This document shows positions 21,655 through 32,236 of a DNA stretch of 38,981 nt, in pieces; the first letter of the stretch is position 1, and each line of letters starts with the position of its first letter. The stretch comes from a virus. Lineage: Duplodnaviria > Caudoviricetes. The notes beneath the pieces are model-generated. The model searched no databases, was not told the origin of the DNA, and saw only the letters and a list, made by a program, of their open reading frames with translations. The stretch is from IMG/VR virus record IMGVR_UViG_3300020043_003188, positions 1 through 38,981 of that record, one strand, 5' to 3'. The position numbers and the translations under genes are program-made.

Positions 21655-23724
21655 TTATCCTTGTTGCATTCCTTGAGTGGTCATGCCGCCCATTTGAGCT
21701 GGGGCCGTGCCAATGCGACCGATCTCAGCGTTTTGCATTTGTTGAAGCTGGAACTGGTATTGCTCCATGTATTTCTGAAGCCTTGCACCGAACGCCTCAT
21801 CCTGCTGTGCGCGGGCTGCAACATCTGGTTGCTGTACATAGGCTTGGATCATTTGCATTGCCATCTGTGCGCCATTAGGCTGGGCAGGAACCTCGATGCC
21901 AGCGAAGATCTTAGCGAGGTCGTCTGTGACATTTTTCTGAACCTTCTGTGCTGCTTCTTCGGCGGGCTGTAGAACATAGTCAGCAAAGATCGGGTTGATG
22001 CTGGATGCCGTAAACTCAAGCAACTTATTGACATCCATAATGCCATTGCGATCAAGTTGGACAAGAGACACCATGTTCTTAAGCTGGGTTTCAGCGGTCT
22101 CTGGGTCATTCGATTGTGAGTCGAAGTTAACCACGATAGAGAAGTTTTCGTCAGCCGAACCTTTAGTCATCACCTGTGGGTTAGGATTGCCAGTAACTTG
22201 AAAGAATACCTCATCTGGCCCCATGCGCTGATAGAGCTTCCACGCCATGTTCAGTACATCGCGGACATGATCCAAGAACTTTGATACCACGAATTGCTGG
22301 CGGGAGGCCGAGATTGGGTTGGACATATCCAGACCAACAGCGCGGTCTGCCTGTGCGGTCATGGATACCTCAACCTCAATAGAACCATTGTCGGCTGGAG
22401 GTGGTGGCCCCCATTGGATCTCCCCAAGACGACGATACGGAACCCTTACTCCTGGCCCCCAATCAGAGGGAGGACGACCAGCCGGGTGCAGCAATGGAGG
22501 GAGAGTAGCCAGAGAAGCACGATCAATACGAGAATCACGCTCGGTCTTGATTTGCATCTGCGCTCCACGGAGAATGTCCGAGAAGGTCTGGGTTTCGTAC
22601 ATGCGCTTCTGGTCGTTCGATAGGCGCGTAACCACAAAGGGGTAGTCGTCATAGCCGTTAAGGAGTTCGTGTTTTGCGTATCCTTCGGTGGTGGGATGGA
22701 AAACCGTGCAGTAGATACCCTCAGAGCCATCCTCTTCGTCGATCAGACGCTGGTAGCCATACACCACCATAATAAGGTCGTTGTCGTCTGAGAGTGGAAG
22801 GCGGTCGATTGTCTTGAGCTTCTCGCCGTCGAGGTACATGGAGTCTTTACCACGGAGAGTCTCAATGGCAGTCTCAACCCAGTCGGCATCCCAGCCCTCA
22901 GAGACAACCTTCTTCTCCAGTTCTTGCGCGGTCATAAATGTACGCCAGAAGACATACGGAGCGCGTTGAGGATCGGTCACATACGACGGGAAAAGCACCT
23001 CGCCATCAGGGGCGCATGAGTAAACTACTGGGCAATCTACCGATGTGCGAGGAATTGAGACTTCAGCTAGGCCCTTCTTGCGGAGGGACATAATAGCCTT
23101 CTTGGCGCGTTTGTCGGACAGATCGGGGAATGCGGTTTGCAGCATACCCAAAACCATCTGGTCATCAGCACCACTAACAATAAGTTCCGCTAGATCGGGG
23201 GAGACTTGTGCGATTTCCTCGATGGATACCTGTTGCAAATATGTCCTTTTTTCACGCTTCCATCCGACATATGACACCATCAGCCCCTTCTCTAGCAGAT
23301 AATTAGCACCCAATTCCATCTGCTGACGGAAGTTTGGGATATAGGTAGAACGCATCCACTTAAGGAATCCGCTCACCATTGAGGCGCGAGGCATGGATGC
23401 CATCGAGGTCGGGAACGCCTTGATATGGGAACGCTGCAGGGCTTGGTCTAGAATAGCCACAAATGCGTCGATACGCTCTCCTACGACATTGACCTCAATA
23501 TCACTCGCTCCCTGCCAAGGGAAGGCATTTGCGCCCTGTTTGCGGAGATCGTCAGACTTGCCCTCCCAGAGGTTTCTGCGGTCATCATACGAACGCAGGC
23601 AGGCCTCAAAGTATTCATCCAAGTCAAGAAGGCATTTGTCGTAGGCATCAGCCAATGCGGTTACATTTGGCCCTTCCTCGACATAGATCATCGACTCTTC
23701 CTGCTCTTCTGTTGGTGCGCTCAT
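21655..23724 (-). CDS. Portal protein
   Basis: 689 aa, downstream of terL, Q-rich C-terminal barrel-type tail as in P22/SU10-like portals. Confidence 0.8.
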   Translation of the reverse strand: MSAPTEEQEESMIYVEEGPNVTALADAYDKCLLDLDEYFEACLRSYDDRRNLWEGKSDDLRKQGANAFPWQGASDIEVNVVGERIDAFVAILDQALQRSHIKAFPTSMASMPRASMVSGFLKWMRSTYIPNFRQQMELGANYLLEKGLMVSYVGWKREKRTYLQQVSIEEIAQVSPDLAELIVSGADDQMVLGMLQTAFPDLSDKRAKKAIMSLRKKGLAEVSIPRTSVDCPVVYSCAPDGEVLFPSYVTDPQRAPYVFWRTFMTAQELEKKVVSEGWDADWVETAIETLRGKDSMYLDGEKLKTIDRLPLSDDNDLIMVVYGYQRLIDEEDGSEGIYCTVFHPTTEGYAKHELLNGYDDYPFVVTRLSNDQKRMYETQTFSDILRGAQMQIKTERDSRIDRASLATLPPLLHPAGRPPSDWGPGVRVPYRRLGEIQWGPPPPADNGSIEVEVSMTAQADRAVGLDMSNPISASRQQFVVSKFLDHVRDVLNMAWKLYQRMGPDEVFFQVTGNPNPQVMTKGSADENFSIVVNFDSQSNDPETAETQLKNMVSLVQLDRNGIMDVNKLLEFTASSINPIFADYVLQPAEEAAQKVQKNVTDDLAKIFAGIEVPAQPNGAQMAMQMIQAYVQQPDVAARAQQDEAFGARLQKYMEQYQFQLQQMQNAEIGRIGTAPAQMGGMTTQGMQQG

Positions 23725-24011
23725 GATGGCAAATATTCGTAGAACTGCTCGCCTACTTCGGGGCGTATCATAACAACTTTTATAGGTTTGCCAACTAGTT
23801 TGTGCGAAACCCGAGGTGGAGCTTTAACTGGGACTGCCTCACCATCCATGCGAACAAGCACCCAGTTAGGGTTTGGGCATGTTCTGATAACTAGATAGTC
23901 ACCCTCGTAGGTGGCATTATCTTGAGATTCCGTGATAGAATCACAAGTTTCTGGCTTAACCTTTGGTGGTCTGCCCCGCTTTGCTGCTTTCTTAGTTGGT
24001 GCTGTTTTCAT
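23721..24011 (-). CDS. Hypothetical protein with AT-hook-like KRGRPPK
   Basis: 96 aa; ATGA overlap with the portal gene. Confidence 0.7.
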   Translation of the reverse strand: MKTAPTKKAAKRGRPPKVKPETCDSITESQDNATYEGDYLVIRTCPNPNWVLVRMDGEAVPVKAPPRVSHKLVGKPIKVVMIRPEVGEQFYEYLPS

Positions 24012-24180
24012 GGTTTTGTTTAGATTTCATGTACTTAATAGCATGCTCAAGAACATCTAGCTCCTCAGTAATTCTAGGGGTTGATTCAGATTTCTCAGCT
24101 TTAGCCCTTTTGAAATATGCTTCCTTCAAACAATCAATAATGAGTTCTTCTGCAACTATCGGCTTGTTTATGGTTTTCAT
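23992..24180 (-). CDS. Hypothetical protein
   Basis: 62-aa ORF within the operon. Confidence 0.65.
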   Translation of the reverse strand: MKTINKPIVAEELIIDCLKEAYFKRAKAEKSESTPRITEELDVLEHAIKYMKSKQNHENSTN

Positions 24181-24186
24181 ATTTTG

Positions 24187-25785
24187 CTAGTAGCCTCCTG
24201 CTCCCTGTCTTGTAGCGATATTTCTGGATTCGTCAATATGATCTATGCCCGCAATAGCGGCGTAACGCAACACATCGACTGGATCTTTCCATGCTTCTTT
24301 TAAACCCCCATCACCCGTGTATTCGCTCAGAGCTTGAATGATGTTCTCGCAGTCGGAGCTGACATAGAAGTGCGGTCGGTTTACGGAGTCGGCTGGCTTT
24401 GTTGTATCCCACGACATCTTGCCAATAAGTGCTTGGAGTCCATCGTCGATGTCTAGTCCAGGAGCAGGAAGGCAAACCATGCCAGCATCATTCAAATCCT
24501 CAATAATGCTAGATGCACCATCTGATGACTGGTACTTAGCCGCCCCAAGGCGAGGGTCGATAAGCCTCTCAAAGATCTTCTCGTCGCCTTCCAGTTCGGA
24601 AATCAAGTCCATGTAGTCACGGATACCGAACCCTTGGCCTTTAGCTCCCGGCCCCGGCATCCACTTGCCACCCTTCCACTCAGCCCAGTCGCCAACCTCA
24701 ACGCCAGGCCACTCACGATAGACCCAGAATGTCCCAGACGCATCAACGGCGATCCACGCCATAAACCAGTTTTTCGATCCAGCAGGATCAATGATGTGAT
24801 AACGCGTGACATTACTAGTCGGAATCTTGTCTGGAGATACGACATTGACTTCTTTGTTGAACTTGGGAAATTTGGTGGCGTGGGACTTAACTGGAACCCC
24901 GTACGCACGAATTAGGATCTCCTCCCGAGGCCGCCCAACTAGTGTCTCCTTAATACGCTCGTAGCCACCGAAAGGGTTATCTTTGCTATGGAAGTAATGG
25001 ACGCTGGCATTGCGCTTCTTACTCCGCTGGACATAGGGTACTAGTTCGCCGCCTAAAAGCTCTGCTTCTTGGCTTTCAATACTAGCCGCCCCATCTAAGT
25101 ATTCCTTAATAACTTCCGTCCACCCATCAATAGGGGTAAATGTAAGCAACAACTTAGCGTCTCTCGTAGCAAGTCGGAATCGAAGCGTATTGATTAGCTC
25201 TGGGCCTAATAAGTATTCGTCAACCCAAGCACCAATGTTGTGCCATTTAGGATTACGGCTGCCAAGTTCTGCACCCTCAAGGATAGTTGGATTGTTCTGA
25301 TATTGAGAGTAGGTCTTGAAAATAATCTGCGACCCATTAGGTAGAATCAGCGAGTTGTCCGTAAACCCGTTCTTCTTCGTGTACGATATGTAGGCGTTAG
25401 CTGATGTCTGCTTGGTACGCATCTCTGCTGGAAGCCACTCCCATACTGCGCTTTGTTGCTGGCGTATGCTAACCTCCGATGTTTGAGCGAAACACATAAT
25501 CTCTGACTTTGGGTTTTCAATGGCAGCTTTGACCACACAGTAAGAACCCCACGCAGTTTTGCCGCTGCGATTGCCACCAAGTGCCAGAACCTCAGACACT
25601 TGCGACAATTGCTCTTCAGCCTTTTCCCAATGCGGAAGCCTAAAGCCATAGCGGAACGGGTCTTTCTCGGCATTCTCGATAGCCTCATGGTACACCCGAT
25701 GAAGCTCAATGAGATCATCTGGCTCCATCAAAGCAACCTCGTCATCGCTGGGAGGCTGTAGGATTGGATGTTTGCGCCACTGCAT
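24187..25785 (-). CDS. terL: Terminase large subunit
   Basis: GGNRSGKT Walker A, WVDE Walker B, LTFTP coupling motif, IIDP nuclease motif, VYRE, D--D-LRY. Confidence 0.93.
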   Translation of the reverse strand: MQWRKHPILQPPSDDEVALMEPDDLIELHRVYHEAIENAEKDPFRYGFRLPHWEKAEEQLSQVSEVLALGGNRSGKTAWGSYCVVKAAIENPKSEIMCFAQTSEVSIRQQQSAVWEWLPAEMRTKQTSANAYISYTKKNGFTDNSLILPNGSQIIFKTYSQYQNNPTILEGAELGSRNPKWHNIGAWVDEYLLGPELINTLRFRLATRDAKLLLTFTPIDGWTEVIKEYLDGAASIESQEAELLGGELVPYVQRSKKRNASVHYFHSKDNPFGGYERIKETLVGRPREEILIRAYGVPVKSHATKFPKFNKEVNVVSPDKIPTSNVTRYHIIDPAGSKNWFMAWIAVDASGTFWVYREWPGVEVGDWAEWKGGKWMPGPGAKGQGFGIRDYMDLISELEGDEKIFERLIDPRLGAAKYQSSDGASSIIEDLNDAGMVCLPAPGLDIDDGLQALIGKMSWDTTKPADSVNRPHFYVSSDCENIIQALSEYTGDGGLKEAWKDPVDVLRYAAIAGIDHIDESRNIATRQGAGGY

Positions 25786-26147
25786 TACTTGGTTTTGTAC
25801 GCACCAGTCTCCATTAAGATGTCCTTAATGTGGTAAACACTATCACATTCTTCGCAACAAAATGCATCATCCTCTGGGGGTAGTGACCCACGATTACCAC
25901 CAACAAAGTGGAGATGACGATATTTTTTGCGACCAAGGCAATGGGAACATACGCCGATAAATGGCTTCATGTGCTTCTCCAGTACCACATTCCAGATCTT
26001 AGCATTGAACTTTTCAGCAAGATACGAGGCGTAGCACAGAGTGTGACATGGGTAGTCAACCCCGTCGTGCGTTACCTTGTAGTGACGGACTAAGTTGCCA
26101 CCATCTTTGAGGTGGTCTGCGTGTCTTGATTCGGGTTCTAGTATCAT
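25785..26147 (-). CDS. Hypothetical Zn-ribbon protein
   Basis: CSHC...CEEC; overlaps both neighbours. Confidence 0.65.
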   Translation of the reverse strand: MILEPESRHADHLKDGGNLVRHYKVTHDGVDYPCHTLCYASYLAEKFNAKIWNVVLEKHMKPFIGVCSHCLGRKKYRHLHFVGGNRGSLPPEDDAFCCEECDSVYHIKDILMETGAYKTK

Positions 26148-26695
26148 TCTACGATTTCTGCTTCAACTGCTTGGGCTTTGACTTTATTGGCAATACGAGA
26201 CTTGGCTTCTGCAATCATCTTGGCGGCATCGTCAATAGACGGCCCCTTGCGATGCTCGACAATGGTACTGGCCATGCCAGATAGCTGTCCAGCCTTATCG
26301 GTCATAATTCCAATAGTCAATGCCAATCTGTCTGGGGAGATTGCCTTAAGCTGGTCTGGATCACGGCTCAGTTGCTCTGCTTTCTCGAACAACAGGTCTG
26401 TGTACTCGGCAGCGGCAATAGCATAGCGTTTAGAGAACTCCTTGCGCTTTGACTCCAGCGTGTCGTTATGCCTCCACTCCAGCGCACGGACAGTCTCATG
26501 CGTGACCTTGCACTTCTTTGCAATAGCATTGATACGCCCACCCTGTGCCAGCATCCAGAGGATCTGTGCCGCCACATTCGGGTTGTAGTTCTCGATAGTG
26601 TTCCGAGGGAATTGCTTCGCCCTTTCCTTGACCTCAAGGAAGAACTCTTTCATCGCCTCTTTGCTATCAATCGCTGATAGGTCTTCGTCGCTCAT
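26144..26695 (-). CDS. Putative terminase small subunit (HTH)
   Basis: LAQGG-INAIAKKCKVTHETV HTH; GI--DK---L-G; upstream of terL. Confidence 0.6.
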   Translation of the reverse strand: MSDEDLSAIDSKEAMKEFFLEVKERAKQFPRNTIENYNPNVAAQILWMLAQGGRINAIAKKCKVTHETVRALEWRHNDTLESKRKEFSKRYAIAAAEYTDLLFEKAEQLSRDPDQLKAISPDRLALTIGIMTDKAGQLSGMASTIVEHRKGPSIDDAAKMIAEAKSRIANKVKAQAVEAEIVE

Positions 26696-26829
26696 TTGGT
26701 CTTCTTGCCGTTTTTAACCTTAACGGCCCCAGAGTGCAACTCTTTTTTGAGCTTATTCTGTTGCGTTGAGGAAAGCGGCGAAACCTTACTGAGCAGGTAG
26801 CGGACTTGCTTTTTGCTCTTTGTTTTCAT
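26692..26829 (-). CDS. Small basic protein, 45 aa (not in the ORF track)
   Basis: Hand translation MKTKSKKQVRYLLSKVSPLSSTQQNKLKKELHSGAVKVKNGKKTK; ATGA overlap. Confidence 0.6.
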   Translation of the reverse strand: MKTKSKKQVRYLLSKVSPLSSTQQNKLKKELHSGAVKVKNGKKTK

Positions 26830-29800
26830 AAATCAACTCACCATTTCGATTGAATCTTGGCGACTGAGGCATCAAGTTATCACGAAGGCTGTAGTACGAT
26901 GTAGAACCGTATGGAATAACAACATCACCAGAAGTCTTGATTGTACTCTGAAGTCGGTCAAACGCAAATGTGCGGTAGATACCAGTCACAAGGTCTGGTG
27001 ACACCTTCTGCATCATTGGGTTGATTCTAAGCTGACGATTTGTTTGAAGACCTTGAACAGAATTAATAAAGTTCTTCCGTCTCTGCCAGTTTTGGGGGTC
27101 TACGCTTTGATAGTAAGCGTCGGTCGATTCACTCCTATTTTGGATCTCAACCGACTTTTCAATATCCTCGTAGATCTTCTTACGGGTTAGATTCAGTTCC
27201 TTCGCAATCTTGTTCTTAACTGCGCGGTCAACATTCTTCTCAAGCTGGCGCAAGTCCATTGCCTCAAGATACAAACGACCATTCTTTAGTATCCACTTTG
27301 TAGGAACCACATAGTTCTCCGTAAGACCGCCAAATTGCTCTGAACGACCTTGTTCGATTGGCTTATTCACAAGAAGAGTGCCATGCTTTGTTGCTGCCTC
27401 AATTTCAGATTGAAGGAGCAAAGCCTTACCAAACTCGCCATCATCAATAACTCCAGCTTCCTCTAGTGCCTTCAAGTGATCCTCGGTAAGAATCCCTTCT
27501 CCATTTCCATTTTTGTCTGGGATAAGAACACCATTTGGCAATTTCTCACCACGCTCTACGATTTGCTTGTTAACTTGATCTAAAACACTTGTCGCTTGAT
27601 AGTGCTTAGGATTATCGGATTTAACATCGACAACTTTCTGGACTCTTGCGGCTTTTGGCTTGCCAGCGGTTTCGCGGTACATTTGGCGCACCATTGCTTT
27701 CACCTCTGGCAGTTCCCTAAACCCATCAGCAAGCAATCCTGTACCCATCACCATACGCCCGCTAGCATCAGTCGCTCCACCCATCTTAAAGTGCAGATTT
27801 TTGACAATAGGGGTAGCATTAAACAATGTTCTAAAGCTGCCCTCAACCGCCCTACGAAGTGGTGTTTTGCGGGATTCCTTGTAAAGGTTTCCTTTAAGTG
27901 TATCCTCTAGCAGCGTCCATACACCTTGATCTGTATAGTATTCAACAGCAAGCTCGCTCAAATCTGCTGGTGGCATGTTGTTTTGCTCGCGCAGGTTGTT
28001 GTACTCATCTGCCCATGCCTTAAACTCTGGATCTAGCGTTCCATCTGGATTACGGACAAGACCCGGTTGAGTGTCATCTCCCAACATCCGCGCCACAATA
28101 GCACCATCTTTTTGCCACACATGCTGAATCATGTGTCCAGCTTCATGCATAGCTACTTCTTTTAAGAACCCAATTTTGTCGTTAACATTTACAACAGCTT
28201 TCTGTCCAACAGGGTCAAACTTGTTATTTCCTGTGGTGTTGATTTTCCACTTAAACATTCCAGGGTATGCCGCATCAATGTTGGAAAGCGCATATCTAAA
28301 GTCACGATCTTTTAGCCCATCAAACATGGCTATTTGGTCAGCATCTAGCTTGTTCCGATAGTTGGTCATTTGGTCAATGTTGACCTGCTCCATGTCCTTC
28401 TTTCCACCAATAATCCGCCCAAGACCACCAAATACCAGAGCATCACGAGCAGCGTATTTAAGCGTGTTCTCGTCAATACCTTGGGAGTTGATAGCGTTGT
28501 ACGACAGCGTTGCAGGTGCGGCTTGAGCCGTGCCTTTGGCTATACTGGCAAAACCCCGTACAAGCGGGGTTGAATAATCACCAAGGGTAGCCACAGCGCG
28601 ACCGATACCCCCAACGCTTTCATTTGCGGCTAGGCGGCGGAAAAATGGTGTTGAGCTACTTCTTTCAAGTAATTCCTCACTAACAGCATTGCCAAATTTT
28701 GACATCTTACGCAGAGCAGGGACAGCGGCAATAAGACCGACCCTAGCACCCATGTAAACACCAATAGCTTGGTGGAACGGAATAGTAAGCCCTGTAGCAA
28801 TTAAAGATGGTATTCTGTACCTAAGAACACTTCTTTCAACCTTCTTTAGAAATCCATTAACAGCAGCAACGCTATTGCCAAGTTTTTCAGCACCGTTTGC
28901 CATGCCTTTGGTTGCCCCAGACGCAACTGCACGAACAGCATCACCAGCTGTTTTGGCTGTATCCAAACCAATCTCAAGTTGATTTGCAGTTTTACTTACA
29001 TTCTGGATACCGTCATCAATAATTCCAAGGCGTGTTTGAACCGCTTGAGATTGAGTTGTTAAGTCATTAAGCCTCTTAGTAAGTTCTGTTGCCTTTTCCG
29101 TAGCCCCAATGCGGAGTGCGTCATCAAGCTGACCAGACACAGCCGAAACCTCATCAGATAGTCTAGCAACATCAGATAAAACACTAGTCCTAGCGGCATT
29201 GAGCTCACGACCATAATTGACAATCTCGATTCCTTTTTTTGCTTGGTTTGCTTTACGGACGGTTTTAATGATATTAACGCCAGCTCCAAGTCCAGCCGTA
29301 GCTAGACCTACAGCAAGTCCTGGAACATCTGCTGGAAGACTCGCGGCAGCGCGAACACTGTTAATATCCTCCTCGTATTTTTTAAGACCTTGCTCTTCTC
29401 CAAGTTCAGCTACATATTGAGATTTTGCTGATTCCTGAGACTGAAGCACCTGCTCTCCAACACCAATTATACTTGCGGTTTCAACCGCATCCATATCTTT
29501 TTGTGACCTTTCAATAAGGGCAAGTTTGTAGTCCCTTTTCTTATTCAACTCGTCAGCTTGTTCTTGCGGGATATTTCCCATAGACACAGCCGCATCAAGT
29601 CTTTGCCTATCAATAAACCTAGTTAATTTAGCTCCGCTTGTTACCGCAGTTTCAAGAATTGAATCAATTGCTTCAGATTTTTTTGCGATGTCTTTTTCGT
29701 ATGCTTGTTTTATTGTCTCTGACTCAGACAAACTAGCAATAGGTGGAGTAACAAGTTGACCAATGCCCTTGCCAATAGCTACAGCACCTTCACCAAATTC

Positions 29801-30286
29801 CTTAAATGCCTCCGCCCATGTTCGCTCTGGCTCTGCGTCAATCCCGCTTTTTTTGCGTATTGCGTACAACTCAGCCTTTTTAAGGTCAATGGCATCATCG
29901 CTCATACCCCCATCAAGATAGGCAGTCGGATCGGTAAGCTCGTCTAGGCTTGTGGTAAAAGCCTCGCCCTTAGTGGTCAATGCTCCGTTCTCTACAAGTC
30001 CACGATCTTCCAAAAGAAGATAGTCCTCGCCAAGTTGTGTTGCATTGCCATCTTGATCCAAAAGACCACGGGCCTTCATTCCCTCTTCGGTGGTGAACTC
30101 TGGGGCTTGATATTTTGGCGCAGAAAGTCTAGGATCATCGAGCTGCATCTCACGCCAATTCGGCGACTGAACAGCTTGACGCTGAACATCTAAGTTCTTT
30201 TTTTCTTGGTCAAGGTACTCAAAAATAGCGTCCCTTTCGAGCTTGCTGATTTCTGGATCTGCCTTCTCTTCTTCTGGAATTGCCAT
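26786..30286 (-). CDS. Large internal virion/ejection protein with HExxH motif
   Basis: 1166 aa, helical, hydrophobic segments, MHEAGH...E; last of the three ejection-type genes. Confidence 0.65.
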   Translation of the reverse strand: MAIPEEEKADPEISKLERDAIFEYLDQEKKNLDVQRQAVQSPNWREMQLDDPRLSAPKYQAPEFTTEEGMKARGLLDQDGNATQLGEDYLLLEDRGLVENGALTTKGEAFTTSLDELTDPTAYLDGGMSDDAIDLKKAELYAIRKKSGIDAEPERTWAEAFKEFGEGAVAIGKGIGQLVTPPIASLSESETIKQAYEKDIAKKSEAIDSILETAVTSGAKLTRFIDRQRLDAAVSMGNIPQEQADELNKKRDYKLALIERSQKDMDAVETASIIGVGEQVLQSQESAKSQYVAELGEEQGLKKYEEDINSVRAAASLPADVPGLAVGLATAGLGAGVNIIKTVRKANQAKKGIEIVNYGRELNAARTSVLSDVARLSDEVSAVSGQLDDALRIGATEKATELTKRLNDLTTQSQAVQTRLGIIDDGIQNVSKTANQLEIGLDTAKTAGDAVRAVASGATKGMANGAEKLGNSVAAVNGFLKKVERSVLRYRIPSLIATGLTIPFHQAIGVYMGARVGLIAAVPALRKMSKFGNAVSEELLERSSSTPFFRRLAANESVGGIGRAVATLGDYSTPLVRGFASIAKGTAQAAPATLSYNAINSQGIDENTLKYAARDALVFGGLGRIIGGKKDMEQVNIDQMTNYRNKLDADQIAMFDGLKDRDFRYALSNIDAAYPGMFKWKINTTGNNKFDPVGQKAVVNVNDKIGFLKEVAMHEAGHMIQHVWQKDGAIVARMLGDDTQPGLVRNPDGTLDPEFKAWADEYNNLREQNNMPPADLSELAVEYYTDQGVWTLLEDTLKGNLYKESRKTPLRRAVEGSFRTLFNATPIVKNLHFKMGGATDASGRMVMGTGLLADGFRELPEVKAMVRQMYRETAGKPKAARVQKVVDVKSDNPKHYQATSVLDQVNKQIVERGEKLPNGVLIPDKNGNGEGILTEDHLKALEEAGVIDDGEFGKALLLQSEIEAATKHGTLLVNKPIEQGRSEQFGGLTENYVVPTKWILKNGRLYLEAMDLRQLEKNVDRAVKNKIAKELNLTRKKIYEDIEKSVEIQNRSESTDAYYQSVDPQNWQRRKNFINSVQGLQTNRQLRINPMMQKVSPDLVTGIYRTFAFDRLQSTIKTSGDVVIPYGSTSYYSLRDNLMPQSPRFNRNGELIYENKEQKASPLPAQ

Positions 30287-30294
30287 TTAATTAT

Positions 30295-32232
30295 TTATTT
30301 GAGCTTACCTCTAAGTTTTTGAGTAGCTGTTTGCGGTTGAGTTTGCGTGCTGGTTTGCTCAGAATCAAGATAATTATCGGGATCTGCAAGAATTGATCTA
30401 ATCTCCCGAAGATATGTAGTCCATGTCTCTTCTGGATCTGTTGTTCTAGGTCTATTTTTGATAAGCATCAACAAGTCTGTATTACTTACCGGTTTAAGTA
30501 AACTTGCCGCATCAAGAACGCTTCCCTCAATAAGCCTATTTAGCCTTTGTTGATCTGATCTTGTCTTTCCACTTTGAGTTCCTAAAAATGGGGCGTACTC
30601 AGCTACACCGGTAGCAAATGCTTCTCCGTATCCAACGGCACTTTTAAGCGCATCAGTAGCCTCACCTTTATTGTCAACAAATTCAGAAATTGTTTTGATT
30701 GCGATGTTTTTTGATGAATCTGCTTTTTCTTTCGCAATTTTTGACTCCTCTGCCCTAGCTTTTTCCGTTTCTGTTGGTGGTCGTGAAACAGTTTGGACCC
30801 CAGCAAGTTCTCCAGTAGGGTTAAATGAAAGCTCATATGTGCCTTCTGGTTTTAATCCAAATCTTTGGGCTTCTTCACCACTTACAATTTTAACTGCTTT
30901 TTGTTGTTGTTGGCCGCCGCTGATTGGTCTTGTAGCAACAACTTGCCTTCTCGCTGGTAGTTGAGGCTGCTGTTGAGCGATACTTGGTTCAGTTGGCATT
31001 CCGCCACCAGCTTGAGCTGTCGCCATTCCAGCACCTTGTTCAATTTGTCTTGCTACTTCGGCTTGCTGCTCTGGAGTGCCAGTTATTTGAGGAGGTGCGG
31101 CCTCTTCAATGCGTCTAAATACTTGAGTTGTGCCAGGATTTCTTGTGGCAACCGAATTCATCCAAGATCCTTTTGAATAATTTTGTTCAAGCGTTCCTCG
31201 TTGTCCACCTCTAAATCCCTTGCTGCTATTTGATGCAATTTCGTTATCGCTAACAAAAATGCCAGTATGTCCAGCTTTTTTACCTCTTGGAGTTACAATA
31301 ATATCTCCAGCTCGGGCTTGGTTGATTGGAATGCTTTGGAATCTTGGGTCGCCACTTAAAGACTCAATCATTTTGGAAGTTGAAAGAGTTCCACCTTGAA
31401 CTAACTCTTCCCCTGTCGCTTGGTTGTAAATTTTGCAAACCGCATCAGCGCATCCAAGGCCTCCACCCTGTGTGCCTGGGGTTTTAGCTGTAGACAAACG
31501 TCCAATATTCATTTGTGCTACTTTAGCAATAGAATCAGAAATGCCTCCGACTTGTGAAGTTTCTGGAAGTTTCTCAACACCGCCTTCGCCATATTTGAAT
31601 TTCACTGGATCAACAATAAGCTCACCAGTGCCAATTACGCGAGGACGACCTTGAGGGTCGTAATTAACATCCATTTCCTCGCTCTGATTGGTTTCGGGAT
31701 CAAAAAATGATAAAGTTCCTTTTGTGAGTTTAGACGCTTCCGCTTGAGCTTTTTGAGCGTATGTTTCAGCTCTTTGTTGTGCAATATCAAGATTTGCTTG
31801 CTTGTAAGCTGCATCTATTTTGGACTCTCTTAGCTTGATAGCTCTATCTTGCGCTCCAATTCCAAGCGTAAATGCGTTAGAGATCCCCTGTGCTGCGGTT
31901 CGGCCAAGTGCCAATGCTTCCATTGGGGAAGTATTCGGATCATTGATTTTAGCCTGCACTGGAGCAAGATAACTTTCAACATCAATCCCAAGGTCTTTGC
32001 CCATTTTAATGGCAGACTCAATACCAGCAGATGTCGCTTTAACTTCAGCATCAATTTTTTTGCGTTCTTTGCGAGCCTCACCGAAATCTGCGATACCCTT
32101 GCCGATCATGGCCCCAAGGTTCTGCATCCCCTGCGCTTGAATATCCGCAGCCCTTGTGAAGCCAGAGTAATCCTGCACAAACATCCGTGGGTCTACACCC
32201 GCTCCTAGCATCTGTCCTTGTCCGTATGGCAT
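30295..32232 (-). CDS. Ejection protein with internal NlpC/P60/CHAP-like amidase domain
   Basis: Q/A-rich helical ends; GCADAV...AGDIIV...GHTGI...SNSS. Confidence 0.65.
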   Translation of the reverse strand: MPYGQGQMLGAGVDPRMFVQDYSGFTRAADIQAQGMQNLGAMIGKGIADFGEARKERKKIDAEVKATSAGIESAIKMGKDLGIDVESYLAPVQAKINDPNTSPMEALALGRTAAQGISNAFTLGIGAQDRAIKLRESKIDAAYKQANLDIAQQRAETYAQKAQAEASKLTKGTLSFFDPETNQSEEMDVNYDPQGRPRVIGTGELIVDPVKFKYGEGGVEKLPETSQVGGISDSIAKVAQMNIGRLSTAKTPGTQGGGLGCADAVCKIYNQATGEELVQGGTLSTSKMIESLSGDPRFQSIPINQARAGDIIVTPRGKKAGHTGIFVSDNEIASNSSKGFRGGQRGTLEQNYSKGSWMNSVATRNPGTTQVFRRIEEAAPPQITGTPEQQAEVARQIEQGAGMATAQAGGGMPTEPSIAQQQPQLPARRQVVATRPISGGQQQQKAVKIVSGEEAQRFGLKPEGTYELSFNPTGELAGVQTVSRPPTETEKARAEESKIAKEKADSSKNIAIKTISEFVDNKGEATDALKSAVGYGEAFATGVAEYAPFLGTQSGKTRSDQQRLNRLIEGSVLDAASLLKPVSNTDLLMLIKNRPRTTDPEETWTTYLREIRSILADPDNYLDSEQTSTQTQPQTATQKLRGKLK

Positions 32233-32236
32233 ATTA

